A DNA stretch of 46,080 bases from Oopsacas minuta. Taxonomy: Eukaryota; Animalia; Porifera. Below the pieces are notes generated by a model. It was not told the origin of the DNA, made no database searches, and worked only from the letters and a program-made list of their open reading frames with translations. Both the position numbers and the translations under genes were made by a program. The stretch spans positions 1-46,080 of the forward strand of contig JAKMXF010000054.1 of NCBI GenBank assembly GCA_024704765.1. The letters are read 5' to 3'. Below are positions 1 through 12,519 of this stretch, one piece after another; position 1 is the stretch's first letter, and every line of letters starts with the position of its first letter.

Positions 1-94
1 TAGAATTAACCAAACGAATTCAGACAAGAAATTAGTTCAATTATTTAGCCATTTAAAACCTGTTAAATAATTAACAAAAATTGACCAATCAAAA

Positions 95-131
95 GTGGAG
101 CGAAATGTCGTGGAACGAAATGTCGGACTTC
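95..131. repeat. Two 15-bp tandem units (GTGGAGCGAAATGTC / GTGGAACGAAATGTC) followed by GGACTTCC; probably the terminus of a MITE-like insertion abutting the Transib-like ORF
   Basis: The direct repeat is visible at 95-124. Transposase-like coding only becomes recognisable after about 131. The MITE interpretation is inference. Confidence 0.35.
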
Positions 132-1254
132 CCTTTAGACCATATTTCTTCGCTGAAAGAGAACATGTCCAGCCAAAACAACTAGCTGCTCTAGCTTTAG
201 AATTAATCTTAAACAATTCATACGATCATGATTCACAAGTGTGTAAAGAGATCATCAGCATGGGTTATTTTACTGGAGTCTCCCACAAAGAGCCAATCGA
301 TAAATCTGCCCAATAGTTGGACTGTTCGAGATTGGAGCAATCAAATAATAAAATTTATAAAGTCCTCAAAAGTTAAGTTTGATTAACATCCTATGAGCTT
401 GTTTCGAGGTATCGTGGAGAAATAACTTTGATAGATGAGATTGAGACAGTCCCATGATCCTGAAGGATTCTCAATTGGAACTTGTATCTCCTATCATTCG
501 ATACTAAAGCTTAGAGTTGAACGATTGATTCCAACATGAGAGCCAATTTGTATTTTACAAAATCTGCTCAGAGATATCAGATGGATTAGAGGTTCCGGGT
601 CTCATCGTGCCTATAACCAACAAAATAATAACCCTGGCTTTGTACTAAAAGTTTCATCTTATTTGTACTCAAATAGCAGATACACTTGGATACAACGTCT
701 CTTACAACCATTTTCCCAACTCCCCATTTTGTTTGAAACTCGTTGCGTTGATAGCATTGAAAGAGCATTATGATCATATAGATTTTATCATTGGCAAAAT
801 TGTCAATTCCCAAACAGACCAAATGTTGATGAACGGATTATCCCTAATAGGAGGAGGTGTACAGTTTGACATTGTCCATTCTCTCTTTGATAACAAAATG
901 CCTGGACTGTTAGACGGTGCTGGATGAGCTTCTTGTCATGTATATACTGCATCAGATGAAGAAATTAAAAAAATTGATTGGGCACGTTCTGGATTCCCCA
1001 TTAACATGTTAATTAACAATGCTTGGCAACTCTTTGATTATGTTAATGAGGATGACTTCTTCAAACTCCCACCCAAACAACGTTTAGGTATCACTCACAA
1101 ACCCACATCTGACATAAATATAACAGCTGCCTTCCCTTCGCATGTCCACCTATGTTTATTTCGGTGGTATACGATGTTAACAGACCATTTTGATGCGGGT
1201 ACCCCATTAGTGCAGAATCGTTTATGTCCACCAAGACGAGGACTTCTAGTGTAA
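132..1254 (+). pseudogene. Degenerate Transib / RAG1-core-like DDE transposase (stops and frameshifts, C-terminal part missing)
   Basis: Stitched translation: FAEREHVQPKQLAALALELI ... SYELVSRYRG ... ISYHSILKLRVERLI ... DGL(D)GSGSHRAYNQ (580-615; first catalytic Asp lost by a 1-nt deletion at 589-590) ... PNSPFCLKLVALIALKE (715-) ... SLFDNKM (second Asp 889-891) ... GAG*ASCHVYTA (CxxC with C>Y at 943) ... RLGITHKP ... PSHVHL ... HFDAG. Order and spacing match the RAG1/Transib motifs GxDG, PNS, YDEK, CxxC, KGxSxKP and LH as I recall them. Confidence 0.75.
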
Positions 1255-1663
1255 AATCTTATATAATAGCATAGCACTGGATAATGATAATTCATTGAAG
1301 AAAATTAGAGGTTTGAGAGCATATTTAGTAACAGATTTTCCACAATGTATAATACACGCAAATATGTAGCAAAGGGAAAACTATATCTGGTTCATTATTA
1401 TGTTCTAGCTAGTTATATATATTTATGTAAAATCCAGAGTATTAGGAAATTTGACCCGATAACATAAATTCAATAATAGAATAGCTAACAATATAATGGA
1501 ACCATGAATATTGAAAAAATTAATTCCCCAAAATGAAGCCATAAGCCCAATAGTGGTAATACTACGAGAGTTTAAACCAAATCTTTGAAATCTACTATCT
1601 CGAATTACTAAATATATCACATAAAACATTCCTAGTAGTAATTGTTACCTAATACACCATTAT

Positions 1664-1683
1664 GGCGATTTTGATACACTGTG
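1664..1683 (-). other. Candidate transposon terminus carrying an RSS-type heptamer (reverse complement CACAGTG-TATCAAAATCGCC)
   Basis: CACTGTG at 1677-1683, about 430 bp downstream of the Transib-like ORF. The orientation is ambiguous because the heptamer is near-palindromic. Confidence 0.35.
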
Positions 1684-2215
1684 GGATATGAAGAAATTCT
1701 GAAATTTCGAATTATTGATAGTTTTGATTTTTCGCAAAGTCATGATCACGCAATAATCCCATGATGAACTAGCTTTTAAATAGAATCATGACATCAGGAT
1801 ATTAGTCACATTGAGGAGTACTTGTGATTTTTCGAAAATACGAAAGGTGACAATGACCTCATCATTCCGCCTTATGTGTGAATTTTCATCCATAACTCAA
1901 ATTTGTCCCATCAAGGCCCAAAATAACCCCTGTTTGTCAAAGTCAGCCCTGGTGGCCGTTCAGTTTCGTCAATCAATCAATTCTGGACATACAACATAAA
2001 TATGCATAAACACATATAGAAAGATTAATTGCACCAAAGTATTAGATATACAAATAACTTATATATAGCTCAATTATACTATAGTACAGTTTTGTGTACT
2101 AGCTATTCTATGTTTGAGGAAAGGTCATTTTAGGCCTAACGAAAGTCACCATTCGAATGAGGGTATCGGGATTTGTAACACATAAAACTGCACTATACTA
2201 TAGCTCAGCTATATA

Positions 2216-3517
2216 CAGGGTGTCTAATAAGATCTGTCCTCAATGTTTTGCCTGCCATATTATTTATATAAAACCAATTTGGTTGATATTTTACAAACTG
2301 ATAAAATATTTAGTAATAAATTGTTTAGTAAAGTGTTTACCAATATATCCTCCCTTTTGAGAAATTACAGCCTGTAGCCGCGTTCTAAAGTTCCCTACTG
2401 CATTTCGCTGCTCATCTTTGATATTTTCTGCCATTCACGCTAAAGGGAGAGCTACAGAGAGTCCAAACTCTTGTGAGGTTTAGCACAGGCCCTTGCCTCC
2501 AGATTAGCCCAGACGCTATAATCGAGCGGATTCAAATCTGGACTAGATGGGGGCCATTCGTCCCTGCTAATAACCTCGATTTTTCTTTCCCTTACCAGCC
2601 TTGAGTGCTTTTGGATGCATATGGAGGGTAGAATCCTATTGAAAGATCCAAGTGTTATTTCTAAATAGATTTTGCCCAGCTACACTGATTTCCTGTTCCA
2701 AAATCAAATCTTGGTATGTCGCAGAGTTGATTTTGACCCTTAGGGGACAAAAATCAGATTTGTCCGTGCATTTAAGGATACACCACCCAGACCATCACAG
2801 ACATTGGCTTCTGCACCCTATCGATGTATTTCAGGTTTTCTGGGATTGTTGTAGAACTGGTAGCAAGAATCCGATCATTTTGTTTGTTCCAAGCCTCTTC
2901 AATCGTGAAAATTTTCTCATCTGAGAAGAGGATCTGGTCTTGGGCCCCAGGAGCGAACCGCTGAAGTAGAGCTTTCGATCTAGCCAGCCTCTTAGTCCGA
3001 ATACTCGGGTTAAGGTGGTGTACCTTCTTTTTTTTAAAAGACTTAAGCCCTAGATCTTCAACTACCAGCTTTCGCATCGTTTCATGATTGACCGATAACT
3101 CACGGGCCATTTTCCTGATGGATTTCAGGGATTCCGAGAAATTCGGCAGCGGACTTTGTTTCTCAAGGCTGGAGTCTTTACAGACCTTGGACGACCGAAC
3201 TAGGTTTGTCACTCAAGCTTCCAGTATCCTTATATGATTTTATGGTACGATATATTAGCTTAGCTGAAACCTGCCCATTTTTTAGCTATTGAAAAATTTC
3301 CTTTTTTGAGCTACCTATCTCGAAAAGTGCGATAATTTTGGATCCAAATTTTTCAGCCATTATTTTTCAAGCGTAAATAATATTATATAGAATCCTATTA
3401 TATCGTTAGAAAGAGCCGAAAAGTGTTACAAATTATGCATCTAAAACTGCTTGTGTGTTCATACGTAACTATGCAATGAGATGTGATTTATGAAGACAGA
3501 ACTTATTAGACACCCTG
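2216..3517 (-). mobile_element. Full-length degenerate maT-type (DD37D) Tc1/mariner transposon
   Basis: TIRs CAGGGTGTCTAATAAG at 2216-2231 and 3502-3517 (extending imperfectly to about 26 bp), TA on both sides. Minus-strand transposase with ILFSDEKIFTIEE..N.QNDRI, WIFQ*D and W..SPDLNPLDYSVW. Confidence 0.92.
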
Positions 3518-6500
3518 TATAAGGAATCTGTTAGATATATAGATTAACCGGCTACATTCGAAAGAGGGAGACTTAGGGGATGATATGACGCCCCTTGGGC
3601 TGAAACCTCAAATGTAGTTCTGAAACGTATTAGATACTCACATAGGCCTCTGATTGATTGTTGTGACACCTGCTTATTGACAAAACTTTGCCTTGTATAA
3701 TAACTTAGAAATGTCGAGCTATGCATTTCTAATTTACAATAACCCATAAACACCACAAACATATGGATCTAAAATATAATTTAGATCCATGTTAGCTTTC
3801 TTTAAGTGAAAAATTGTTTCATTATGGGGATTTATACCCAATTAATTCATGTTACGTTGAAGGAAGACAACCTTGAATACTAGATCTTGAGGCAGTTATA
3901 TTCCTCTTTAATTAATATAACTATGCTAGGAAATCCTGTAAGAGATAGTTATCCAATCAGTATGACCCTTATCATACTCTTCTATAAATTTGTGTATTTT
4001 CAATGAAGTCCCTCTAAGAGACTTGTTATGAACAATTCCTTCCATACTAGCTGTCTTAATATCAAATTCCAGTAATTCAAAAATGTTGTTTGAAGCATTG
4101 GATGGGAAGCCCAAAAGGGGTGAATGACTTCATAATTTCGTAATGCTTGAACTTCCTCGAAGACTAAATTTGTTTGAGCCCGGCCAAAAACGCTCCTGTA
4201 TGCCAAAAATCAGCACTGGGGGTCTTCGAGTTTCTCCAATCAATTCCGAAGATACAAACATATAAATAACACATATATACACACAGATAGATTAATGGCG
4301 ATATAATATAGATAAGGTAATCTGGACAGTTTATAATACACAAGCCATGTCATTAAACATTTCCAGTTCGAAATGACATCATCTGATTGGTTATAGGGCA
4401 ATTATTATGAAAAATGGATCATTCTTAAACTCTGATAAACGATCACAATAGCGTCTTCGATCCCAGAATGAACATCAAGTGATCTTAGGAGGTTCATAAA
4501 CAAATATATAATTTTTGTAATTATAAAGTTGTAACTTTACTGAGGTATATTTGGTACTATGGATGGTAAAGTTTTTATTCACTTAGTTTACTCGATATCC
4601 GCTAGAATTATGCTCAAATCACCCACCCAATATGTATTACATACCCAACTTCCCATATCCTTGTGATACCTTTTCATAAGATATCTTGAAGAACTATCAC
4701 GTAATCTGGATTGTGAGAAAATATGGCAATATTTACGAATGCGGTAAAGGGTTGGATAAATTGTCTCAAAATGTATTCCAAGGTGATAGGAATTGGGTAT
4801 TTAGTAAATATTATCTCGAAATATTTGATGATAGTTCTAGTGACTATCGAGCTATGAATGATAAGACAAATATGTGTCACCAATGGTATCTACTAAACCT
4901 CAGTAACGTGATAACTATATCCAAAAAGAAATTTTTTATATTTTTGCATGAAAGCATTAATGAAGTACTTGCATCTTGGGACAGCGAAGATCTTTCGTTA
5001 CACTAAAATAATAGGTATTAAGAGAACCACAAACTTAACAAGAACATTCTATAAATATGACCACCATATTGAGAGCAATAAACGGATTAGAAACGAAATT
5101 TAACTATTTATAAGATCATTTCAAGAATGTGACTGGTGTTGAAGATTGAATACTTACCTTAATACAAGAGTACCCCTAAATGAAGTGATAAAACTATGAT
5201 GGATCCTCGTGAAATACATTTCTGGTTAGAGTGTAATACAAAATGCTCATCGGGACCTTCAGTAACATATTTTATGAAGAACTTAGTCTCTGAAGGCTTT
5301 ACCTAGAATAATGAGTAAATTTCCAAAATATCCCAGAATATTATGTTGAGAAGCAATAGTGGTCAATATTATCCAAAAAAATGGTGCATAGCTACGAACA
5401 TTCTCGATTGAAAGAAATTGTGGGTTTTCGTTCTCCATAATACGACACATTCACAGACGACATTCCATATCTTGAGTTTTACTAGTTCTCATTTAGGATT
5501 ATATGCTCTGTCACCAACCCCCTCACGATACTTTGCATTTCACTCTATTCAAATTAGTAATCAGGTGGCGTAAATTTTACTAACAAGTTGTTGACCTCAG
5601 TAGATTCATGGATAATGATGTCTTTAAAGTCGAAATCGGGTATTTGCCTCAGGGTTTTGACCACATTTCTTGCGCATGATGCTTTTCATGCAGGTATAGA
5701 AACATATTTGATCGGAGTATTTTTTCTGTATTTTTTCATCACAGGGTTATTTCCGCATGTACTATACATAAATGTCCGATTTCAATTTTTGCATCTGTGT
5801 TTTTGAGCAACCATGTTGTTTGGATCAGGGTTTCCTTTTTACTCTTTAATTCATATATTTCGTATAGTATGTATTCGTGCTTTGAATTTAATTTTTGGGA
5901 GGTTTTGTTATAATTGTGATTACAATTTTCATTGTTAATCACCCATCATATACGTTGAAGTGTTCGATTTAATTTAGAATACGTATTTGAGACTGTACAT
6001 TAGTATGATAAAGCATGTTCGTGTATGGAGCATTGTGTTTAGGATTTCAAGTTTTTCAAACAGTATTTGTATTTTCCCTTCAGATTCAGGACACAAGGCT
6101 TTTACAAATGACACAAGGCTCAAATATTTAGGTACTTCAGTTGCAAAAGATTTTGACTTCGCTATTTACCAAAATTAATGTGTGCATTCTATTGTACACA
6201 GTTTCAAACTTAGAAATATGATATTATTAGTTACTAAATAAAAGTATAACATGTCTACCCAAAATCTCAAACTTAGGATAAATTTGATATTTGAAAACCT
6301 GAAAACCACAAATATATAATCTTCAAATACCCTTACGATATTTCAACATTCCTGGATTTGGGAATTCAATTGCATCTATCAGTCTTCGTATACATTATGT
6401 GAATAATTTTAACTCGTTTGCAATCAAATTAAATCGATACTTCTTCAATTTCAAACATGTATAGTCGTCTACTTTATCCATATTTCATGTCCAGGACCTA

Positions 6501-6566
6501 CATTTTCAGTCCCCGATTTTACAATGTAAATAATTGAGTGTTAGTATATCTTTTAAGGTTTCATTA

Positions 6567-8864
6567 CACAGGTCAACAAATTTCACTTATTATTCTAATC
6601 AAGCAAAAATGGGAATATTTCTAGACTACTTTTTTGTGCTGATATCGAATCTGTCATTCATTCATCTCTAACAAGTATACATTTCGTATGTTCTAGCTTG
6701 AAATATTCAAATTCAGTTCGAAATTTTACATATTGTAATATGATTAATTAATGCTAAAAGTTGTTCGACTAACTAATGTTGCTTGTTATTAGAGTCTCAT
6801 GTAAATAATTCAATAATTAATTGAGGACCAAATTAAAATCTAACTGTCTTGCAATAGGAAATTGAAAGATTTAACATTTGTGAGATATATAAGTTGAATA
6901 AACAAAAACAAAAATGTTTAAGAGGTCAAAAACGTTGAGAGTAAGAATACCATTTGTGAACTCTATCCGATTCAGCCCTGTATAACATCCAGCAATAGTC
7001 CATCATCATACGGTCATTCCAGAAACCTCGATATCGATTTTCCATTCTGAGAATATCTTGATGAAATCGTTCGCTCTGTTCATCGCTTACAACACCAAGG
7101 TTTTCCGGAAAAATCAAGATGGGAGTGCAAAAAGTGTAATTTCAATGACATACGCATCTCATGTTTTCATATGATTGAAGTAAATTTTTTACTCCCTCTA
7201 TATACTTTGTTGACTCCATATTCCCTAAAAAGTTTTCGCAAATCCATTTGAAAGATTTCCATGCTGTAAATTCCTTAGCGGGAAGTAGATTGTCAAACTC
7301 TTCATCCTTGAGAACTTTCCTAATTTGTGGTCCAATAAATACGCCCCTTTAAACTTAGCATCATTTAGTTTGGGAAATTTCTCAATAATATAACGAAACC
7401 TGTAGAATTTGTTAACCAATAGTTTTGACAAAAGTTTTCATCAATCCTAGTTTTATATGAAGTGGTGGCAGAAAGATATTATTAGGAGCTACCAATGGTG
7501 TATATTCAATATTAGATGTTCCTCCTTCATAATTTGTTCTCTTGGGCCAATCACGCTTGTGGTAATGATCTATTGTTGCACGACTGTCGCATAAACAGAG
7601 AAAGCAACAATATTTGACAAATCCTTGTTGCAATCCCATTAACACACCAATTACCTTATGATCCCCATATATATTCCACTTGTGTGTTCTATATTTGATC
7701 GCAACTAAATCCTCTTTCAGGTTTATATAGGACTCTTTAAGATGTACAGAGTAAGCAATTGGAATTGCAGGATTTGTACTTCTGTTGTGCAATAAAACGG
7801 CTTTCAAGCTATGTTTCGATGAATCAATATATAGGCGCCAATCAGAAGATGAATGTTCTTGTGACAAACTAGAAAACAGCCTGATAATATCATTAGAATT
7901 ACAGAGAGAACCATCAACTGTAAAATATTGAGCCAAATCAAATTTCGTTTACTGTAGTGGGGCACTATAACATCCTTGTTGAGTAAATTCTTTTGTTGAA
8001 GCCTTGATGCAAGAAGTTCTGCATTTTCCTTCGAAAGATCAAGATCCCTGACAAGGTCATTCAATTCACCTGGGGTGAATGTTTCGGGCGCTAAATTACT
8101 ATCTTCAAGGACGTATTCTAAACCAATAGAAGATTCGTCCATTGAATATGACAAGGTATTTACATCATCAAAAAGAGAATCAAATCCATATAACGCAGGA
8201 GTGTGGACAGGCAAGGAAGACATCGTGAGAAACGGGTCTGCGAGCAGATTCCAAATCTGGAAAAATTATTTTATGTTTATTTTTCATCGAAAACCAGCGG
8301 TATACACAATGCAAAAATAGCAATCATCGTAATGATTCTTTGGTTTCTTCCAAACCATTGTTATTGCAAAAGGTATTGAAGTTTTTCTTCTATTCACCTA
8401 ATCGCGTAAGCCACTAGAACAAGCAGAACAAATCACACGAGACGCTCACATCCTATCTTGATCACCTAAAGGACAATCAAAATACTGGCTATATATTCTC
8501 TTGAGGTCATTTTTATGGTACGTCGCTGTGATTGTAAACAAAAGGATCCACAAACATAGCAAAAACTGTTTGGTGTATTGATACATCTGCGATGCATTAT
8601 GAGAAACCAGATTGATTGATTCAAAAAAGAGAAAAAATAGAGGTAGTAAATTGGGATAAATTGCATTAACATACAAATTGTGTTATCTTGCTGTTGTAAA
8701 TTAAAAAATTTAAGAATTAGATTATTGAAAATAATGAAATAGTTGGATTTTATGAAAAAGCTACCTGTGATAGATAAAAACGGAGAGCAGATTTGAAATC
8801 AGGACAAAAATCACTTTAGCAAAATCATATATGATCTGTGATGAAAAAACCTTGTTGACCAGTG
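6567..8864 (-). mobile_element. Chapaev3-type (CMC) DNA transposon, full length, degenerate transposase
   Basis: Termini CACAGGTCAACAA (6567) and TTGTTGACCAGTG (to 8864), TTA on both sides (3-bp TSD). Transposase motifs FCYVCG, WNLLADPFLT, WRLYIDSSKHSLKAVLLHN, CFLCLCDSRA, LPPLHIKLGLMK, GVVSDEQSERFHQDI. Confidence 0.88.
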
Positions 8865-10151
8865 TTATCAATAATTTCTAGACTCGCCCAAAGGAGTCCA
8901 CGTATACTTTTCTTGACATTGAGTGTATGGGGCACACAATTCGGATGAAAAGAATTTTAGAAAAAGTTGAATTTACGTAATAAAATCAAATAATGACTGT
9001 ATATATAATTCATTGGTATCATTTTAGGGATATCAAAGCAGAATTGAATTCAGTATGCCCATTGTTATTCAAGTTTATCTATAAATAGGGCTTATTGATA
9101 TCAATCATGCAAAATTTAGAAGTCATTTATTCTTGAACCATATTTAATTACATCAAAATACCACAGATTACGTCATAGTCCAATTCCAGAAGTGTAACTG
9201 AAAATCTGGTATTATTTGTGAAATCTACAGAGTCATTGGCAAAATATGACAACATTCTAACATATATCTTCAGTATAAGCACCTATTAGCTCATAATCGC
9301 CATTTGCCACATTGTGCTCCCACGACAATGCTATAGAAGAAGGTAGAAGATGAAAATTTTGGGATAGCTGTGAATAATTAGATTTAACTGTTGGCTGTGA
9401 ACATCTTAGCTATTCCAATCCGGTATATATATAATGTGAAACTAATGAAATTTTAATAGAAAATGTAGGAAAATGGAAATAAATATCCAATGGATACTAA
9501 ATATTGGGAAATCAAATTAAGGGTCCATTCTATAAATAGAATGTAAAATCGGTAATTAACAATAGTCTCAATTGGATTGGATTGGATTAGTCCATGTATA
9601 AGAAAGCAGTGAGTGAAAATTATGCATTATGTCTGAGGTTCAAATGACATTCATTTCGCTAGAGGTAAATTATATAAATCGATGGGAATTCGAGGCTAGA
9701 TATAATTTAAAATGGTTTCAGATTCTAAATCAATTTCAAGTTTTGCAGATTCTAAGATTGAAAGTGTAAAAATTTCTCCCTTTTGGCAAGGCAGCAGATC
9801 TCATGAACGGAAATTTTACGATAAGAGAAATTATCAAACGGGAGAATCTATTGAAAAAGATGCAATTACAATATTAATCATTAATCTATAATTATTATCT
9901 AACATGGTTCTAATTACATTTAAGTGGAATTTTTCTATAATTTATCAAGTATTGTTAAAATATACAAAGAAAATCTAGTTCTATGAGTGCTCTACTGGTC
10001 TTTCAAAGGCGTATGCACTTACAAAGAAGAAATACATCATTAATGTATGCACGAGCACGATGTAAATAATAGAAATACCGTGATTTCCATATTCGAGATA
10101 GATTAATTAAAGCAACAAATATTAAGAAAATTTCACAAAATCAATTAATAC

Positions 10152-10559
10152 CATCATTTGCATAGCTTCCTTCACTTTGTTTGGAACTGATATATCTTTG
10201 ATTTCATAACGCAGACAACTAATCCCCCATGCAGAAGAGGCTTGATTAATTGCAGCGACAATATGTAGATTCAGAACAGCCCTCTCCTGAAATATCTTGT
10301 CAAGTTTAATTTTTCCTAACTCTGAGCGCATCGTTGTTTGTCCAAGTTGTACGACTGCAAATTCTCCATCTTCAATACCATATGAAGCAAGGTACGGATC
10401 AACTACTCGATAATATAATACTCCATCAATATTTAAGGTTACGTTGTCTTCCGTAATAGCGCTCTGAGATGGGATTTCAATTGCTGTCTCTTTCAGAGAT
10501 TGGACATACTTGATTTCATCAATAATAGGAAATAAGTAGTTTAAGCCTGGATCTAGAAC
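10152..10559 (-). CDS. STOML2: Internal coding exon (136 codons, phase 0/0) of stomatin-like protein 2 (SPFH/band-7 domain)
   Basis: Stop-free [136 protein letters not shown] is colinear with SLP-2 ([10 protein letters not shown], [13 protein letters not shown]). Acceptor TTATCTCCTAG at 10570-10560 and donor GTATT starting at 10151. Confidence 0.95.
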
Positions 10560-11087
10560 CTAGGAGATAAAAAATCCCTGAATCATGGCCATAAGTTAAA
10601 TAATGAATGGTATTCTACGTACATGAACAAACACAATTATTCTCAATAATAATAGGTGATATTTTTACGAAATATAACAAACAATCATATTGGAAATTTG
10701 CGAAGAAAATAATTCTCCTAAAGAATGTTTCGATGTGTACAATATAAGTATTCGGTATTGGGCATAAGTAATGAGAAGGATATTAATGATCTATCGCCAT
10801 TAAATTAAGTGAGCAAAATTGTACAAAATTGAATAATCAAAGGGGTCCACACATTCTTTGTATTAGCTCAACGATGCTATAACCAATGAGGGGTACTGGA
10901 GCCTGACCTAGCTCCCCAGGATTCGGTGCAGTGGTACAGAAATTTACTTAAAATGGTTACAATGACTGGAATTACCCTTGGGGGCATTTTACGCGACCAA
11001 TTCATAAAGTTAATCAGGGGGCATTTTACCAACTATAGTTATTGATCCATAGTTGATACGAGTGTACTCGTAATTTGTTACTTCTTA

Positions 11088-12389
11088 TGAGGGGCACTCG
11101 AAAAGTTTTGCCGTTTGATATGAAGCCATTAATTTGTCGGATATTTTTCGCATCCATCTTTTCAGACATATTTTACTATTCTACTTTGAAACTTTCATTC
11201 ATTTATCTCTTCTACTTTCAGAAATTGGGTAATTGTAGTATACATGGCTTCTAAAATATCTCAATCTAAATCAGATCGCACAAAACGTGATTTTCGAGTA
11301 ATGATTTTGATCTTATTCAAACTACAGAAGACAAGTGTAGAAATCTATGAATCTTTACAGGAACATTTCCCGGATCTTCCTCCTTCTCTAAGTACAGTTG
11401 AACGATGGTACAGGGAATTTATCCACGGAACATTGTTCTTGAAGATGCCCCTCGTTCAGGAAGACCGAATATTTCACATAATGAAGAAAATGTTAACAAA
11501 ATGCTAGATCTAATTACTAAAGATCCTCTTATTACTTACGCTTAGTTACAGTATGAAACCGAGTTATCATTGAGGACAATTAATATCATTTTGCACAAAG
11601 AACTTTGTATCAGGAAGTTGTGTGCCAGATGGATCCCCATTCTCTGAACCAACAGCAAAAAATATCCCGCATAGACTTTTGCAAATTATGCTCAAAAGGT
11701 TTGCTAGTGGAAGTTCAAGAGCTGTTTCTGAGATCATTACAGGTAATGAGACATAGGATATACCATTATGATCCAGAAACAAAGCGAATGTCAAAGGAGT
11801 AGGTTGAAGAAGATGCCGCACCTCCAACCAAAGTGCGGAGGGCTAGATCTGTTGGGAAACAAATATGGGCGATGTTTTTCAGATCTAGTGGGTTTGTCGA
11901 AGCGGTTGCTCTCGAGGATAGAAGACTGGTACTGCCGACTGGCACACTACAGTGTGCCTACCGAAAGTCATCACAGCAATTGGGTCGCAGTGGAAGAAGA
12001 CAGACATTAGAGGAATTCTTCTTCATCATGATAAAGTATCATCGCACACGGCAATCAGAACTCGTGAGTTTTTGGAAATTCTGGACTCAAAAACATTACC
12101 TCACCTACCCTACAGTCCTGATTTAGCCCCTTGCGACTTCTGGTCGTTCCCTAGACTCAAAGATCAATTACGTGGGAGGAGATTTCGACTAATGAGGAGT
12201 TGAGAGGGGCACTTTCCAAGCGATCGGAGACATACCCAAAGAAGAGTGGAAAAAATGTTTTGATAATTGGTTTACCAGAATGAAAAAATGTATAGATTGT
12301 CAGGGAGAGCATTGAGAAAAATGTAGTAGTCCATTTATTATTACTATCTGATATGTCGGTCAACGTCAAAACTTTTCGAGTGCCTTTCG
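11088..12389 (+). mobile_element. Full-length degenerate mariner (DD34D) transposon
   Basis: TIRs TGAGGGGCACTCGAAAAGTTTTG and reverse-complement CGAAAGGCACTCGAAAAGTTTTG, TA TSD. Transposase from 11244 with WIPH, ITGNET and HDK...YSPDLAPCD (34 residues between the two Asp). Confidence 0.93.
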
Positions 12390-12402
12390 TATTAACGAAT
12401 AA

Positions 12403-12519
12403 TATATTTCAATGGCATCCATTCAATATCTTTTGAGAAATTTACATGAAAGGAGGATATACATACTGATAAAAATATCCATTACTCAAAAGATATTGAA
12501 TGGATACCATTGAAATATA
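12403..12519. repeat. 117-bp hairpin: 35-bp inverted arms (34/35 identical) with a 47-bp spacer; mini-MITE-like
   Basis: TATATTTCAATGGCATCCATTCAATATCTTTTGAG (12403-12437) versus the reverse complement of 12485-12519, TATATTTCAATGGTATCCATTCAATATCTTTTGAG. Confidence 0.85.

Noticed and set aside
909-918. GTTAGACGGT resembling the start of a flatworm spliced-leader sequence
   Set aside because: 10-bp match inside the Transib-like coding frame, with no remaining SL sequence or Sm site.
2652-2924. ORFs antisense to transposases (also 8075-8320, 20448-20880, 38367-38672, 40061-40342, 40440-40856)
   Set aside because: Shadow frames of transposase coding sequence on the opposite strand; no independent protein features.
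5150-5160. ATACTTACCT resembling the U1 snRNA 5' end (and TTCCCAGGGC at about 17071)
   Set aside because: No U1 stem-loops or Sm site follow; the motif is just the reverse complement of a splice-donor consensus.
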